Source: Nitrososphaerales archaeon (lineage in GTDB: Archaea > Thermoproteota > Nitrososphaeria > Nitrososphaerales > UBA213). Taken from it: a stretch of DNA of 64,000 nucleotides. The stretch is from the NCBI GenBank assembly GCA_965197925.1, contig CBDAOC010000018.1:256001-320000 (forward strand), written 5' to 3'. Below the pieces are notes generated by a model. It was not told the origin of the DNA and did not search any database. It saw nothing but the letters and a program-made list of their open reading frames with translations. How positions within the stretch are numbered: the stretch's first letter is position 1; each line of letters begins with the position of its first letter. Shown one piece after another: positions 55,002-64,000 of the stretch. Made by a program: the position numbers and the translations under genes.

Positions 55002-56063
55002 TTGAATTTGAGAACACCCTTTTACGGAATTCACAAATCCCTCGGTGCAAAAATGCTGGACTTTCATGGATGGGATATTCCTCTACATTACTCTGGAATA
55101 ATTGATGAACATATCAATGTTAGAAATAAAGTTGGTTTGTTTGATGTTTCTCATATGGGCAGGTTTGAAATCAAGGGTCCAAAAGCTTATGATTGTCTAC
55201 AAAATTTAATTACTAATGATATCTCGAAACTAAGTAATCATCAAGCATTGTATTCCCCCATGTGCTACGATAATGGCGGAATAGTTGATGATGTGATCGT
55301 TTACAGAATTGATAAGGAGAAATTCCTTGTTGTAGTTAACGCTTCAAATAAACAGAAGGATATTGAATGGATTACCGAGCATTCTGAATCGGTTAATGTG
55401 GAAAACGTTAGTGATAAGATGGCTTTACTTGCAATTCAAGGTCCTCTAGCTATAGATACCTTACAGAAAATCGTTGAACCGGATTTAAGTCTACTACGAT
55501 CATTTGATCTTATAATCACAAATATTTTCGGAATCGAATGTATGATATCAAGAACAGGTTATACGGGAGAGGATGGTTTCGAAATATTCTTTGATTCTTC
55601 GCAAGTAGTAATTTGGGATAAGCTTATGGAGGCAGGTTCCGGCTTTATTAAACCAGCTGGCTTGGGCGCAAGAAATACACTTCGACTTGAGGGAGGATTG
55701 ATGCTCTACGGGAATGATATTGATGAAAATACTACACCGTTAGAGGTCCCACTCAAATGGACTGTGCGATTTGAAAAAGACTTCATTGGAAAGCAGGCGC
55801 TCATGAATCAGAAGGTGACACGAAAGTTGGTAGGATTTTATGTTCCAGAAAAAAGGATAGCAAGGCAGGGAAACGAAGTCTTGATAAATGAATCCAAGTC
55901 GGGTTTTGTAACAAGTGGGAGTTTTTCACCAACATTAAAAAAGTCTATTGGTCTTTGCTTTGTCCCCTTACAAGTTCTGTTGGATGAATTAATTGAAATT
56001 AATATAGGGCGGAATCTATACAAGGCAAAGGTAGCTGGTACACAGTTTTATAAGCGGAAATAA
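55002..56063 (+). CDS. gcvT: glycine cleavage system T protein
   Basis: Motifs LFDVSHMG, RTGYTGEDGFE, GLGARNTLRLE. Confidence 0.95.
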   Translation: MNLRTPFYGIHKSLGAKMLDFHGWDIPLHYSGIIDEHINVRNKVGLFDVSHMGRFEIKGPKAYDCLQNLITNDISKLSNHQALYSPMCYDNGGIVDDVIVYRIDKEKFLVVVNASNKQKDIEWITEHSESVNVENVSDKMALLAIQGPLAIDTLQKIVEPDLSLLRSFDLIITNIFGIECMISRTGYTGEDGFEIFFDSSQVVIWDKLMEAGSGFIKPAGLGARNTLRLEGGLMLYGNDIDENTTPLEVPLKWTVRFEKDFIGKQALMNQKVTRKLVGFYVPEKRIARQGNEVLINESKSGFVTSGSFSPTLKKSIGLCFVPLQVLLDELIEINIGRNLYKAKVAGTQFYKRK

Positions 56064-56070
56064 GGTTTTA

Positions 56071-56475
56071 TTGGTGGAGTATGAGAGACAAATTATGGAA
56101 CAAAAAGAGTTGAGATTTACAAAAGAGCATGAGTGGGTCGTGATAAGGGAAGGTTTAGCTGTAGTAGGAATTTCAGATTTTGCTCAGAGACAACTTGGAG
56201 ATATAGTTTCAATAGAATTGCCAAAGGTTGGTAATAATTTCAAACATATGCAACCTATAGCTATAGTTGATTCAATAAAAGCTTCTTCAGATATATATTG
56301 TCCTTTGAGTGGAGAGATAGTTGAGGTTAATGAAGATTTGCTTGAGAATCCGGGACAGATTAATCAGTCACCATATGAGTTAGGTTGGATTATAAAAATT
56401 AGACCTTTGTATATCAAGGGATTTGATGATTTGATGTCAAAGGAACAATATGATAAGTTCGTTGGTGAATTGTAG
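56071..56475 (+). CDS. gcvH: glycine cleavage system H protein
   Basis: HEW, GISDFAQ..LGDIV, lipoyl-Lys in DSIKAS. The start may be the ATG at 56095. Confidence 0.95.
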   Translation: MVEYERQIMEQKELRFTKEHEWVVIREGLAVVGISDFAQRQLGDIVSIELPKVGNNFKHMQPIAIVDSIKASSDIYCPLSGEIVEVNEDLLENPGQINQSPYELGWIIKIRPLYIKGFDDLMSKEQYDKFVGEL

Positions 56476-57748
56476 GAGATTGAATATGGATTATGTACCA
56501 ATTTCTGAAAAAGATAAAAAAGAAATGTTGAAGCGGATAGGAGTAGGCTCTATAGATGATTTAGTTAAGGAATTCAAGCCAGCTTTCCAAAGAAAATTAC
56601 ATCTCTCTGAACCAATGAGCGAGCTTGACCTAATACAACATATGAAAGCTTTGGCTCAAAGAAATAGAATCTTGAAATGCTTTGTGGGAGCAGGGTCGTA
56701 CAATCATTATATTCCTTCTGCAGTGACTCACTTGCTTATGAGGGGAGAGTTCTATACAGGATACACCCCATACCAAGCGGAGATAAATCAAGGCACATTG
56801 CAGGCAATATACGAATTCCAATCTTTCATATGCCTTCTAACTGGCATGGATGTTGCCAATGCTTCGATGTATGAAGGTGCATCTGCGTTGGCAGAAGCCA
56901 CATTGATGTCATCAACCTATACGCAAAGGAACGGCATTTTTGTAAACGAAGGAGTTCATCCTCAATATCTGGAAGTTTTAAAAACATATTTCGAGGGTGC
57001 AGATCTTGAACTTACAAACAAGATTGACAATAAAACAGCTTGCGTAATTGCCCAGAATCCTGATTTCTACGGAAATGTTGAGAATTTACTACAACTATCG
57101 TTTCGTGCTCATAAAGCAGGAGCACTGTTTGTTGCATGTATAGTAGAACCAACATCTCTTGCAATAATAGAACCTCCTGGAAATTATGGTGCAGATATTG
57201 TGGTTGGCGAAGGACAATCGTTTGGAATACCAATGAACTTTGGTGGCCCATATCTTGGATTCATTGCGGTTAAAGATTTTTTATTAAAAAAAATTCCGGG
57301 AAGAATATCTGGTATGACGACTGATTCTAACGGAAACTATGGTTTTGTACTGACATTGCAAGCGAGAGAGCAGCACATAAGGAGAGAAAGAGCTACAAGC
57401 AATATAACTACAAACCAAGGATTGATGGCCTTAGCTTCAACAATTTACTTGGCACTTATGGGTAGAAAGGGGTTAAATATGGTTGCAAAATTATCTTATA
57501 GTAGGGCACACCTGTTGCTTGAAAAATTGATGAGTATCGGCTTTGAAACTTTAAACAAGAAACCATTTTACAACGAGTTCATTGTAAAGGCACCAGCATC
57601 TTCTGAAAAGTTTATTTCAACTTTGAACGAAAATGGAATTCTTGGAGGACTTGATCTAGGAGAGGATAGAATGTTAATTTGTTGTACTGAGATGAATAGA
57701 ATTCAAGATATAGAAAATTTTGTATCAATTGTGAAGGGAACAATATGA
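56450..57748 (+). CDS. gcvPA: glycine dehydrogenase subunit 1
   Basis: Motifs YTPYQAEINQG, NASMYEG, QAREQHIRRERATSNI. The start is probably MDYVP at 56486. Confidence 0.95.
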   Translation: MISSLVNCRRLNMDYVPISEKDKKEMLKRIGVGSIDDLVKEFKPAFQRKLHLSEPMSELDLIQHMKALAQRNRILKCFVGAGSYNHYIPSAVTHLLMRGEFYTGYTPYQAEINQGTLQAIYEFQSFICLLTGMDVANASMYEGASALAEATLMSSTYTQRNGIFVNEGVHPQYLEVLKTYFEGADLELTNKIDNKTACVIAQNPDFYGNVENLLQLSFRAHKAGALFVACIVEPTSLAIIEPPGNYGADIVVGEGQSFGIPMNFGGPYLGFIAVKDFLLKKIPGRISGMTTDSNGNYGFVLTLQAREQHIRRERATSNITTNQGLMALASTIYLALMGRKGLNMVAKLSYSRAHLLLEKLMSIGFETLNKKPFYNEFIVKAPASSEKFISTLNENGILGGLDLGEDRMLICCTEMNRIQDIENFVSIVKGTI

Positions 57749-59199
57749 AGCTGATTTTCGAATATGAAGAACAGACTAGTGAGCATTTGCCAGATGAAAA
57801 TATTCTAATAGACTTACCAAAAGATCTTGTTAGAAAACAACTCCCACTCCCCAATGTGAGCGAAGTTAATGTTGTTAGACACTACACTAATTTATCAAAA
57901 AAGAACTTTGGAGTTGATGTTGGTCTGTACCCCCTGGGTTCCTGTACAATGAAGTACAATCCAAAAGTAAACGAAGACTCAGCAAACCTAGGAGGATTTA
58001 GAAATATTCATCCATTTTCTCCGGAACATAATGTTCAAGGAGCGTTACAATTGATGTGGGAGCTTGAGCAGGATCTGAGGGAGATTACAGGCATGGATTA
58101 CTTTTCTTTGCAACCGGCAGCGGGTTCCCAGTGTGAACTTCTAGGTATAATGATAACAAAAGCTTACTTTAAGCAAAAGAAGGAAAAAAGAACAAAGATA
58201 ATAATCCCTGATTCTGCTCATGGTACGAACCCTGCAAGTGCCGCTATGTGTAAGTTTGAAGCAATAACCATTCCTTCTGATTCACGTGGTAATATGGATA
58301 TTACGAAATACAAACATGCACTTAGCCCTGAAGTTGCACTTGTTATGGTGACAAACCCTAATACTCTTGGGCTCTTTGAGGAACAGATTCTGGAGATGAC
58401 AGAACTTGCTCATAAGAATGGAACGTTGATGTATTGTGACGGCGCAAACATGAATGCAATGCTTGGAATAACTAGGCCTGCCGATCAGGGTTTCGATATT
58501 ATTCATTTGAACTTACATAAGACATTTTCAACTCCACATGGCGGAGGTGGTCCCGGGGCTGGAACGCTAGGGGTAAAGTCATTTTTGGCAGATTATTTGC
58601 CGATACCGAGGGTAATCAAAGAAAGTAATAGATACCATTTAGATTATACCAAAAGAAAATCTGTAGGGAGGGTTAGAACCTTTTATGGAAACTTTGGTAT
58701 GCTTGTTAGAGCTTATTCTTATATCAAGGCATGGGGCGCAAATATTAGAAAGGTATCAGAGTATGCTGTATTGAATGCTAATTATCTCCTTAGTCAGCTG
58801 AAGGATATCTATGAACTCCCTTATGATCGAAAATGTGCTCATGAATTTGTCTTGTCATCAAGGAATTTCGGGGAAAAGAGTGCTTCGAACATTGCTAAGA
58901 GACTATTAGATTATGGATTTCATCCACCAACAGTTTACTTCCCATTAATTGTTCATGAAGCTTTGATGATCGAACCTACAGAAACTGAGAGTAAAGAAAC
59001 TTTGGATAGATTTGCAGAAGCGTTAAGAAGTATAGCTGATGAGATGATAACAAGTCCTAATGTTGTCAAAGAAGCTCCACATACGACACTCGTTGGTAGG
59101 TTGGATGAGGTCACTGCTGCCAGAAGGCCAAATCTAAGATGGATTGCATCTACACAAGCAACTAATAAAAATGCACAGACCGCAAAATCTAAAAACTGA
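57745..59199 (+). CDS. gcvPB: glycine dehydrogenase subunit 2
   Basis: Motifs PLGSCTMKYNP, HLNLHKTFSTPHGGGGPG, EPTETE. Confidence 0.96.
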   Translation: MKLIFEYEEQTSEHLPDENILIDLPKDLVRKQLPLPNVSEVNVVRHYTNLSKKNFGVDVGLYPLGSCTMKYNPKVNEDSANLGGFRNIHPFSPEHNVQGALQLMWELEQDLREITGMDYFSLQPAAGSQCELLGIMITKAYFKQKKEKRTKIIIPDSAHGTNPASAAMCKFEAITIPSDSRGNMDITKYKHALSPEVALVMVTNPNTLGLFEEQILEMTELAHKNGTLMYCDGANMNAMLGITRPADQGFDIIHLNLHKTFSTPHGGGGPGAGTLGVKSFLADYLPIPRVIKESNRYHLDYTKRKSVGRVRTFYGNFGMLVRAYSYIKAWGANIRKVSEYAVLNANYLLSQLKDIYELPYDRKCAHEFVLSSRNFGEKSASNIAKRLLDYGFHPPTVYFPLIVHEALMIEPTETESKETLDRFAEALRSIADEMITSPNVVKEAPHTTLVGRLDEVTAARRPNLRWIASTQATNKNAQTAKSKN

Positions 59200-59205
59200 T
59201 TAATA

Positions 59206-59481
59206 ATGAAAAAGGCAAGTTACGTATACAAGTCAGAAAAACTAATCAAGATTTCTCTTGAGTATGACGAGTTAAACAACATCATTCACTCGATAAAGAT
59301 TACAGGAGATTTTTTCCTTTATCCAGAGGAAAGTTTGGATAGACTTGAAACGAATCTAATCAGTACTAGATTAGAAAGAAATGCCATAGTACAAAAGATC
59401 GAAAACTGCATGAATAATTCAGAAGCATTTGGTTTTGATACTAAATCTTTGACCGAAGCTATTCTCGGATGTTTAAGATGA
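59206..59481 (+). CDS. lipoate-protein ligase accessory (C-terminal-domain) subunit, LplB-like
   Basis: IKITGDFFLYPEE motif; directly upstream of the catalytic subunit. Confidence 0.85.
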   Translation: MKKASYVYKSEKLIKISLEYDELNNIIHSIKITGDFFLYPEESLDRLETNLISTRLERNAIVQKIENCMNNSEAFGFDTKSLTEAILGCLR

Positions 59482-59486
59482 ATTGA

Positions 59487-60221
59487 ATGAGATTCGAGTT
59501 TAGTGAAATCAGAGTTTTGGAGACAGGCTACAATAAAGCATACTGGAATATGGCACTCGATGAAGTATTGATGAATGGTGTGACCGATGTACCGGTTTTA
59601 AGGCTATATGGGTGGAAACCTCCAGCTATATCAATTGGATATTTCCAAAGCATTAACGATGAGGTAGACTTGCAAAAGTGCAACTATATGGGTATCGATG
59701 TGGTTAGAAGAATAACAGGAGGTGGAGCTGTCTTTCATGATTCTGAATTGACTTACTCCTTTATCACAAGAAAATACCCACAGAATATCATGGAATCTTA
59801 CAGGATGATTTGTGTAGCCATAGTTATATGCCTTAATAAACTTGGGTTAGAGGCTAAATTTGCTCCTTTGAACGATATAGTTGCCAATGGTAAGAAAGTC
59901 TCTGGAAATGCTCAAACTAGGAAGAAAGGGACTCTATTGCAACATGGAACGATTTTGTTGGATGTCAATATTGAGAAAATGTTTTCTACATTGAAAGTGT
60001 CTTCAGAAAAGATCAGGGATAAGATGATCACTAACGTAATGGAGAGGGTAATGCCGTTGAATAAGACATTCGAAGAAGTGGCTCTTGCTCTGAAAGCAAG
60101 CTTTAGTGAAAAATTTGGTGCTAAACTTGTTATTGATAGGCTTACTATGGAAGAAGAAGAAAGTGTAAAAACGTTAGCTAAAAAGAAATATGCTACTATT
60201 CAATGGAATTGGAAAAGATGA
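59487..60221 (+). CDS. lplA: lipoate-protein ligase catalytic subunit
   Basis: Motifs NMALDE, RRITGGGAVFHD, KKVSGNAQ, QHGTIL. Confidence 0.88.
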   Translation: MRFEFSEIRVLETGYNKAYWNMALDEVLMNGVTDVPVLRLYGWKPPAISIGYFQSINDEVDLQKCNYMGIDVVRRITGGGAVFHDSELTYSFITRKYPQNIMESYRMICVAIVICLNKLGLEAKFAPLNDIVANGKKVSGNAQTRKKGTLLQHGTILLDVNIEKMFSTLKVSSEKIRDKMITNVMERVMPLNKTFEEVALALKASFSEKFGAKLVIDRLTMEEEESVKTLAKKKYATIQWNWKR

Positions 60222-60263
60222 TTCATTAAGATTTATTGCTAAGCACACCTTAAATTCCACGAT

Positions 60264-61595
60264 ATGTATGATGTCGTTGTGATAGGAGCAGGTCCAGGAG
60301 GTTATGCTTGTGCTATTCGAGCCGCTCAACTTGGTGGGAATATTTGCCTAATTGAAAGGAATGGACTAGGCGGAACTTGCACGCAACTGGGATGTATTCC
60401 TACTAAGTTCCTTCACTCTTTGGGGGATATTGTTAGGGGTGCAATAGCGGCTAAAAAGAATGGAATAAACGCACAAATTGAGCTCGATTATAAACTCGTA
60501 AAGTCAAGAATGGAGGCAACTGTTGCCAAACTTGCTTCTGGAATAAAACTTCTCATACAAAGTAATGACATAGATCTCATAGAAGGCGAGGCGCAGATAA
60601 TTTCAAAAAATAAAGTGGTTGTCAAAGAAAAAACTATAGAAACAAAACATATTGTTATTGCTACAGGCAGTTATCCCATTTGCTTGCCAGGTTATGAATT
60701 CAGAGATAATTTCTTATCAACTAACACTATTCTAGAATTAGAAGAGCTTCCCAAGTCAATTATTATTGTTGGAGGTGGTTATAGTGGTTGTGAATTTGCT
60801 TCTGTTTTAAACGCACTAGGATGCGAAGTCACACTGGTAGAGGTCGAAAACCATCTAATGCCTTTACAGATTGAAGAGATCGGAAATACAATTGAGAAAT
60901 ACATGAGACTTGATGGTATCAATGTAATGACAAGATCAAGGGTAGAAAAAATTACTGGTGACATAGCTTTGGTTAATGGAGAAAAATTGAAAGTGGAAAA
61001 GATACTTTTTTGTATAGGGAGAAGACCGAACATAAATGAAGATGAATTAAATAACATTGGTGTAAAATTCAACCAAAAAGGCATTCTTGTTGATGAAGAA
61101 ATGCAAACCAGTGTTCACAACGTATTTGCAATTGGTGATGTAAGTGGAATGTATGAACTTGCTCATGTCGCTTCAAGGCAAGGCGAGATAGCGGCTCAAA
61201 ATATTATGGGAACGAAGAGCAAGATCAACTACAGATCTATTCCTATATGCATATTCACCTATCCTGAAGTTGCGTTTGTAGGAGAGTTGGAAGGAAGAAC
61301 TGGAAAATTTCCTCTTACAGCAAGTGCAAAGGCAAACTGCTTGGGGAATACAAGAGGGCATATTAAGGTATTTGAGAAGAATGGAAAACTTGTTGGTACT
61401 TTTATAATTGCACCACATGCAGGAGAAATGATAAGTGAAGCAGCACTTGCAATTAATATGCAACTAAGCCTTGAAGACGTATTTGATACCATACACCCTC
61501 ATCCCACACTTCCAGAATCTTTTGTGGACGCTTTAAAAGATGTTAATAGTCTAGCCATACATCTTCCTTCCAAAGGATCTGGATCTGACAGATAG
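60264..61595 (+). CDS. lpdA: dihydrolipoamide dehydrogenase (glycine cleavage L protein)
   Basis: Motifs GAGPGGY, GGTCTQLGCIPTK, HPHPTLPE. Confidence 0.93.
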   Translation: MYDVVVIGAGPGGYACAIRAAQLGGNICLIERNGLGGTCTQLGCIPTKFLHSLGDIVRGAIAAKKNGINAQIELDYKLVKSRMEATVAKLASGIKLLIQSNDIDLIEGEAQIISKNKVVVKEKTIETKHIVIATGSYPICLPGYEFRDNFLSTNTILELEELPKSIIIVGGGYSGCEFASVLNALGCEVTLVEVENHLMPLQIEEIGNTIEKYMRLDGINVMTRSRVEKITGDIALVNGEKLKVEKILFCIGRRPNINEDELNNIGVKFNQKGILVDEEMQTSVHNVFAIGDVSGMYELAHVASRQGEIAAQNIMGTKSKINYRSIPICIFTYPEVAFVGELEGRTGKFPLTASAKANCLGNTRGHIKVFEKNGKLVGTFIIAPHAGEMISEAALAINMQLSLEDVFDTIHPHPTLPESFVDALKDVNSLAIHLPSKGSGSDR

Positions 61596-61628
61596 AATCA
61601 AATTCAAGAACGTGTTTATAGAACATAA

Positions 61629-62300
61629 CTACATCAAGCTCGCTAGCTCTCTTATCTTTACCCCCCAGTTCCTTGCTTTGACTACACTACTTGCAACCAA
61701 GATACCTTTAGAACCAAGATTTATCGCAGCAGACACATCCTCTGCACTAACTATACCTGCGCCACAAATGACACTTACGTCAGGATTAACCCTATTTACA
61801 GCATCTACTGAACGGGTAATGACACTTGGCTTGGCCTTTGAAACCGCAATTCCGCTGCCAATAAGCTCCGGGGGTTCAATGGCGATGTAATCAGGAGCGA
61901 ATGTAGCAAGTTTCATTACTTCTCTAGGAGTTCTGGCGCACACCACAGAGATCATCTTCAAGTTACGCAATCTTTCTACGAGGTGGCTAATTGTTGAAAG
62001 TGATATTCTATGTTCACTATGATTAATCAGTGAACCACTAACACCATATGATTTAGCTATTTCGGGCACAATAAAACCAGTGGTACTCCCAATTTGGGAA
62101 TGATCGAGGTGCTGAGCAAATACTGATATACTTACAGCATTTGCCACATAGGCTAGGGACCCAGCAGAAGGTGCAACTACAATCTTCACCCTTGGAGGAG
62201 GAACTACACGCTCTGCCGCCATTGCTAATTTTATGCTATACCTACCAGCAACCTCAGAATAGTTTTTTAAATTAACAATGAGTAATTTTTGCTTTACCAT
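61629..62300 (-). CDS. tpiA: triosephosphate isomerase (archaeal type)
   Basis: Motifs NLKNY, NHSEHR, EPPELIGSG. Confidence 0.95.
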   Translation of the reverse strand: MVKQKLLIVNLKNYSEVAGRYSIKLAMAAERVVPPPRVKIVVAPSAGSLAYVANAVSISVFAQHLDHSQIGSTTGFIVPEIAKSYGVSGSLINHSEHRISLSTISHLVERLRNLKMISVVCARTPREVMKLATFAPDYIAIEPPELIGSGIAVSKAKPSVITRSVDAVNRVNPDVSVICGAGIVSAEDVSAAINLGSKGILVASSVVKARNWGVKIRELASLM

Positions 62301-62311
62301 TGTTCGAATTA

Positions 62312-63412
62312 TTAACTTCTTTTCTTTTTGCTATTAAACTTTTCTTCTAATTTCTTCATCCTTGCTTCATATCCCTTGTTATATTCAAGTTCTTCAGGGA
62401 CAACAGTTGCTGGGTGTATAAATCCTTGGTTTCGCATATCAGATGCTCTCTGAGACGCAATATTTCTGACATAATCCCAGTCAGGGGTATCGAAGCTATC
62501 ACATGGTCCAGTGAACTTCCCATTATGTATACTGAACACAAGTCCGATCACCATCGGTATAGCATAATTGACGCTTGCAGGTGTATTCATCCTGACTGGC
62601 ATCAACGGTAGATGATGACTACCTCTTGTATTACCAGCCACAAAATGAGGATTGTTAAAAGCGCTACATGCCTCCTCTGTTGCTGGGAATGATTTTTGGA
62701 CTCTCACGATCGCTATTGGATCATCCTTTCCGACATAAGTCCCAGCAATATTATGCAAGCGGTCAGTGGAAGAAGTGACAATTGGTTCTCCTTTCTTGCT
62801 TATAACAGATTCTATAACATATCTTCCAGGATACATAAGAGCCGCTTCTAACTCCGGTTTATCCTCCCATAAACGCAATTTAGCTATTCTTCCTCTCTGT
62901 ACATCCATGACACAGATTATAACACCTTCAGCAAGATCCGGATTAATTATAAGTCCTGTGTTACTCCTGCTGTCAACAAACATTCTATAAAATGGAAAGT
63001 TGAAAGCACCTGGCTCGGTCTTGTCTGCTGCAAAAACAACGAATGCCTCGTTCTGTCTTTCTTCAAACTTGAATTCTGCAACACCTGGTCCCATCCCCTT
63101 GACATTGCCAGAAAAAGAGTCTTTCAAAAGATCCTGACCAGCACCATATAATCCCTGTTCCCTTGCAACTTCCGTTCCTTCTTTGAATGAATCCCATGCA
63201 ATTTTATGTATCTTATTATTTTGGACCCCCTGCTGGTGAGACATAATTATATGTATATCATCCCCAGAATATCCTATATAGTAATCAAGCAATAGTTCAA
63301 ATTCAGAACTACTAACAACATCCTCTACAGCCCTTAGAACTTCATCGCTTGGCTTTGTATGACCTCCTATTCCACCAATATCAGCTTTTATAGCTGATAA
63401 TGTAATCTTCAC
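62312..63412 (-). CDS. fbp: bifunctional fructose-1,6-bisphosphate aldolase/phosphatase (class V FBPase)
   Basis: KADIGGIGGH, GLYGAGQDLL, ADKTEPGAFN, YVGKDDP. Start placed at the GTG of VKITLS. Confidence 0.95.
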   Translation of the reverse strand: MKITLSAIKADIGGIGGHTKPSDEVLRAVEDVVSSSEFELLLDYYIGYSGDDIHIIMSHQQGVQNNKIHKIAWDSFKEGTEVAREQGLYGAGQDLLKDSFSGNVKGMGPGVAEFKFEERQNEAFVVFAADKTEPGAFNFPFYRMFVDSRSNTGLIINPDLAEGVIICVMDVQRGRIAKLRLWEDKPELEAALMYPGRYVIESVISKKGEPIVTSSTDRLHNIAGTYVGKDDPIAIVRVQKSFPATEEACSAFNNPHFVAGNTRGSHHLPLMPVRMNTPASVNYAIPMVIGLVFSIHNGKFTGPCDSFDTPDWDYVRNIASQRASDMRNQGFIHPATVVPEELEYNKGYEARMKKLEEKFNSKKKRS

Positions 63413-63650
63413 AAATCCACTTTCCAGAATAAGGGTTAAATGTCTTGCTATCAGGAAGTTTGTTAGGAGATACAAAGGTAGAGATCCGAACAGCTCCTAC
63501 TCTTGCTTTAGAGTTTAATCGCTTGCTGAACATTTGCCGTAAATATTTATCCTTAACCAACATTTTAGAGATCTTATAGTTAAAAATTGCTAGATTATTT
63601 TTTCTTATTATTGAGAAGGATGGTATACTACAATTAGACAGAAATACCTC

Positions 63651-63730
63651 TGAGGGCATTGCAGCACATGTTGGGAAGATAAAGAACCAATTTCAAAATA
63701 ATATTATAATTCATTTAAGCGCAAGCCTCA
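63651..63730 (+). mobile_element. 80-bp right-end remnant of a 'GAGGC-TIR' IS
   Basis: GGGCATTGCAGCACATGTTGGGAAG matches the transposase 3' end; the remnant terminates in GCAAGCCTCA. Confidence 0.65.
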
Positions 63731-63790
63731 GATATGAATGAATCTTCTTGGTACTACAAACACCAGAAGATAGTACTCTACAAAAAATCT

Positions 63791-63919
63791 TTACCGACCT
63801 TTCGGATGCGCTTTTTCTTTGTGCTTCATAAATCTACTTTTTTCCACAAACTCCATGCCACATATATCACATTTTACCTTATGTGGAGCACCATCATTCT
63901 TCTTGAATAAATTAAGCAT
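63791..63919 (-). CDS. 42-aa C2H2 zinc-finger microprotein (missing from the ORF track)
   Basis: MLNLFKKNDGAPHKVKCDICGMEFVEKSRFMKHKEKAHPKGR fits C-x2-C-x3-F-x8-H-x4-H. TTTATTAAA lies about 25 nt upstream. Confidence 0.8.
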   Translation of the reverse strand: MLNLFKKNDGAPHKVKCDICGMEFVEKSRFMKHKEKAHPKGR

Positions 63920-64000
63920 GGCCGAGAATCCTAGAAATGATTTAATAAACTTTTGTAAAGAAAAAGATGTTAGATAGCTTTAATTTGCTTTACAAAGGGC

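Overview
AT-rich archaeal chromosome segment. Gene content and order (rpoN-eno-rps2-MEMO-mvk//ipk-fni-GGPPS-gltX; srp54-pus10; rps24e-rps27ae; FBP aldolase/phosphatase-tpiA; PPDK) and intron-rich tRNAs point to Nitrososphaerota (Thaumarchaeota); the taxon is inferred. The window holds about 45 housekeeping or metabolic CDSs, including a complete glycine-cleavage/lipoate cluster and a type III PKS-like condensing enzyme. It also has five tRNAs (Pro, Trp, Tyr, Gly, Leu; five BHB-type introns in total) and roughly 10 kb of IS elements, IS remnants and MITEs. The main finding is the eIF5A (aIF5A) gene (27233-27647, minus strand), which the ORF track shows only as a fragment. It is interrupted by a 22-nt insert (27523-27544) inside the codon of the hypusinated lysine of the KPGKHG motif. 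The insert and its flanks fold into a canonical bulge-helix-bulge (BHB) motif, and cutting at the standard BHB positions restores an intact 130-aa protein. This makes it a candidate tRNA-endonuclease-spliced mRNA intron in a gene other than cbf5.
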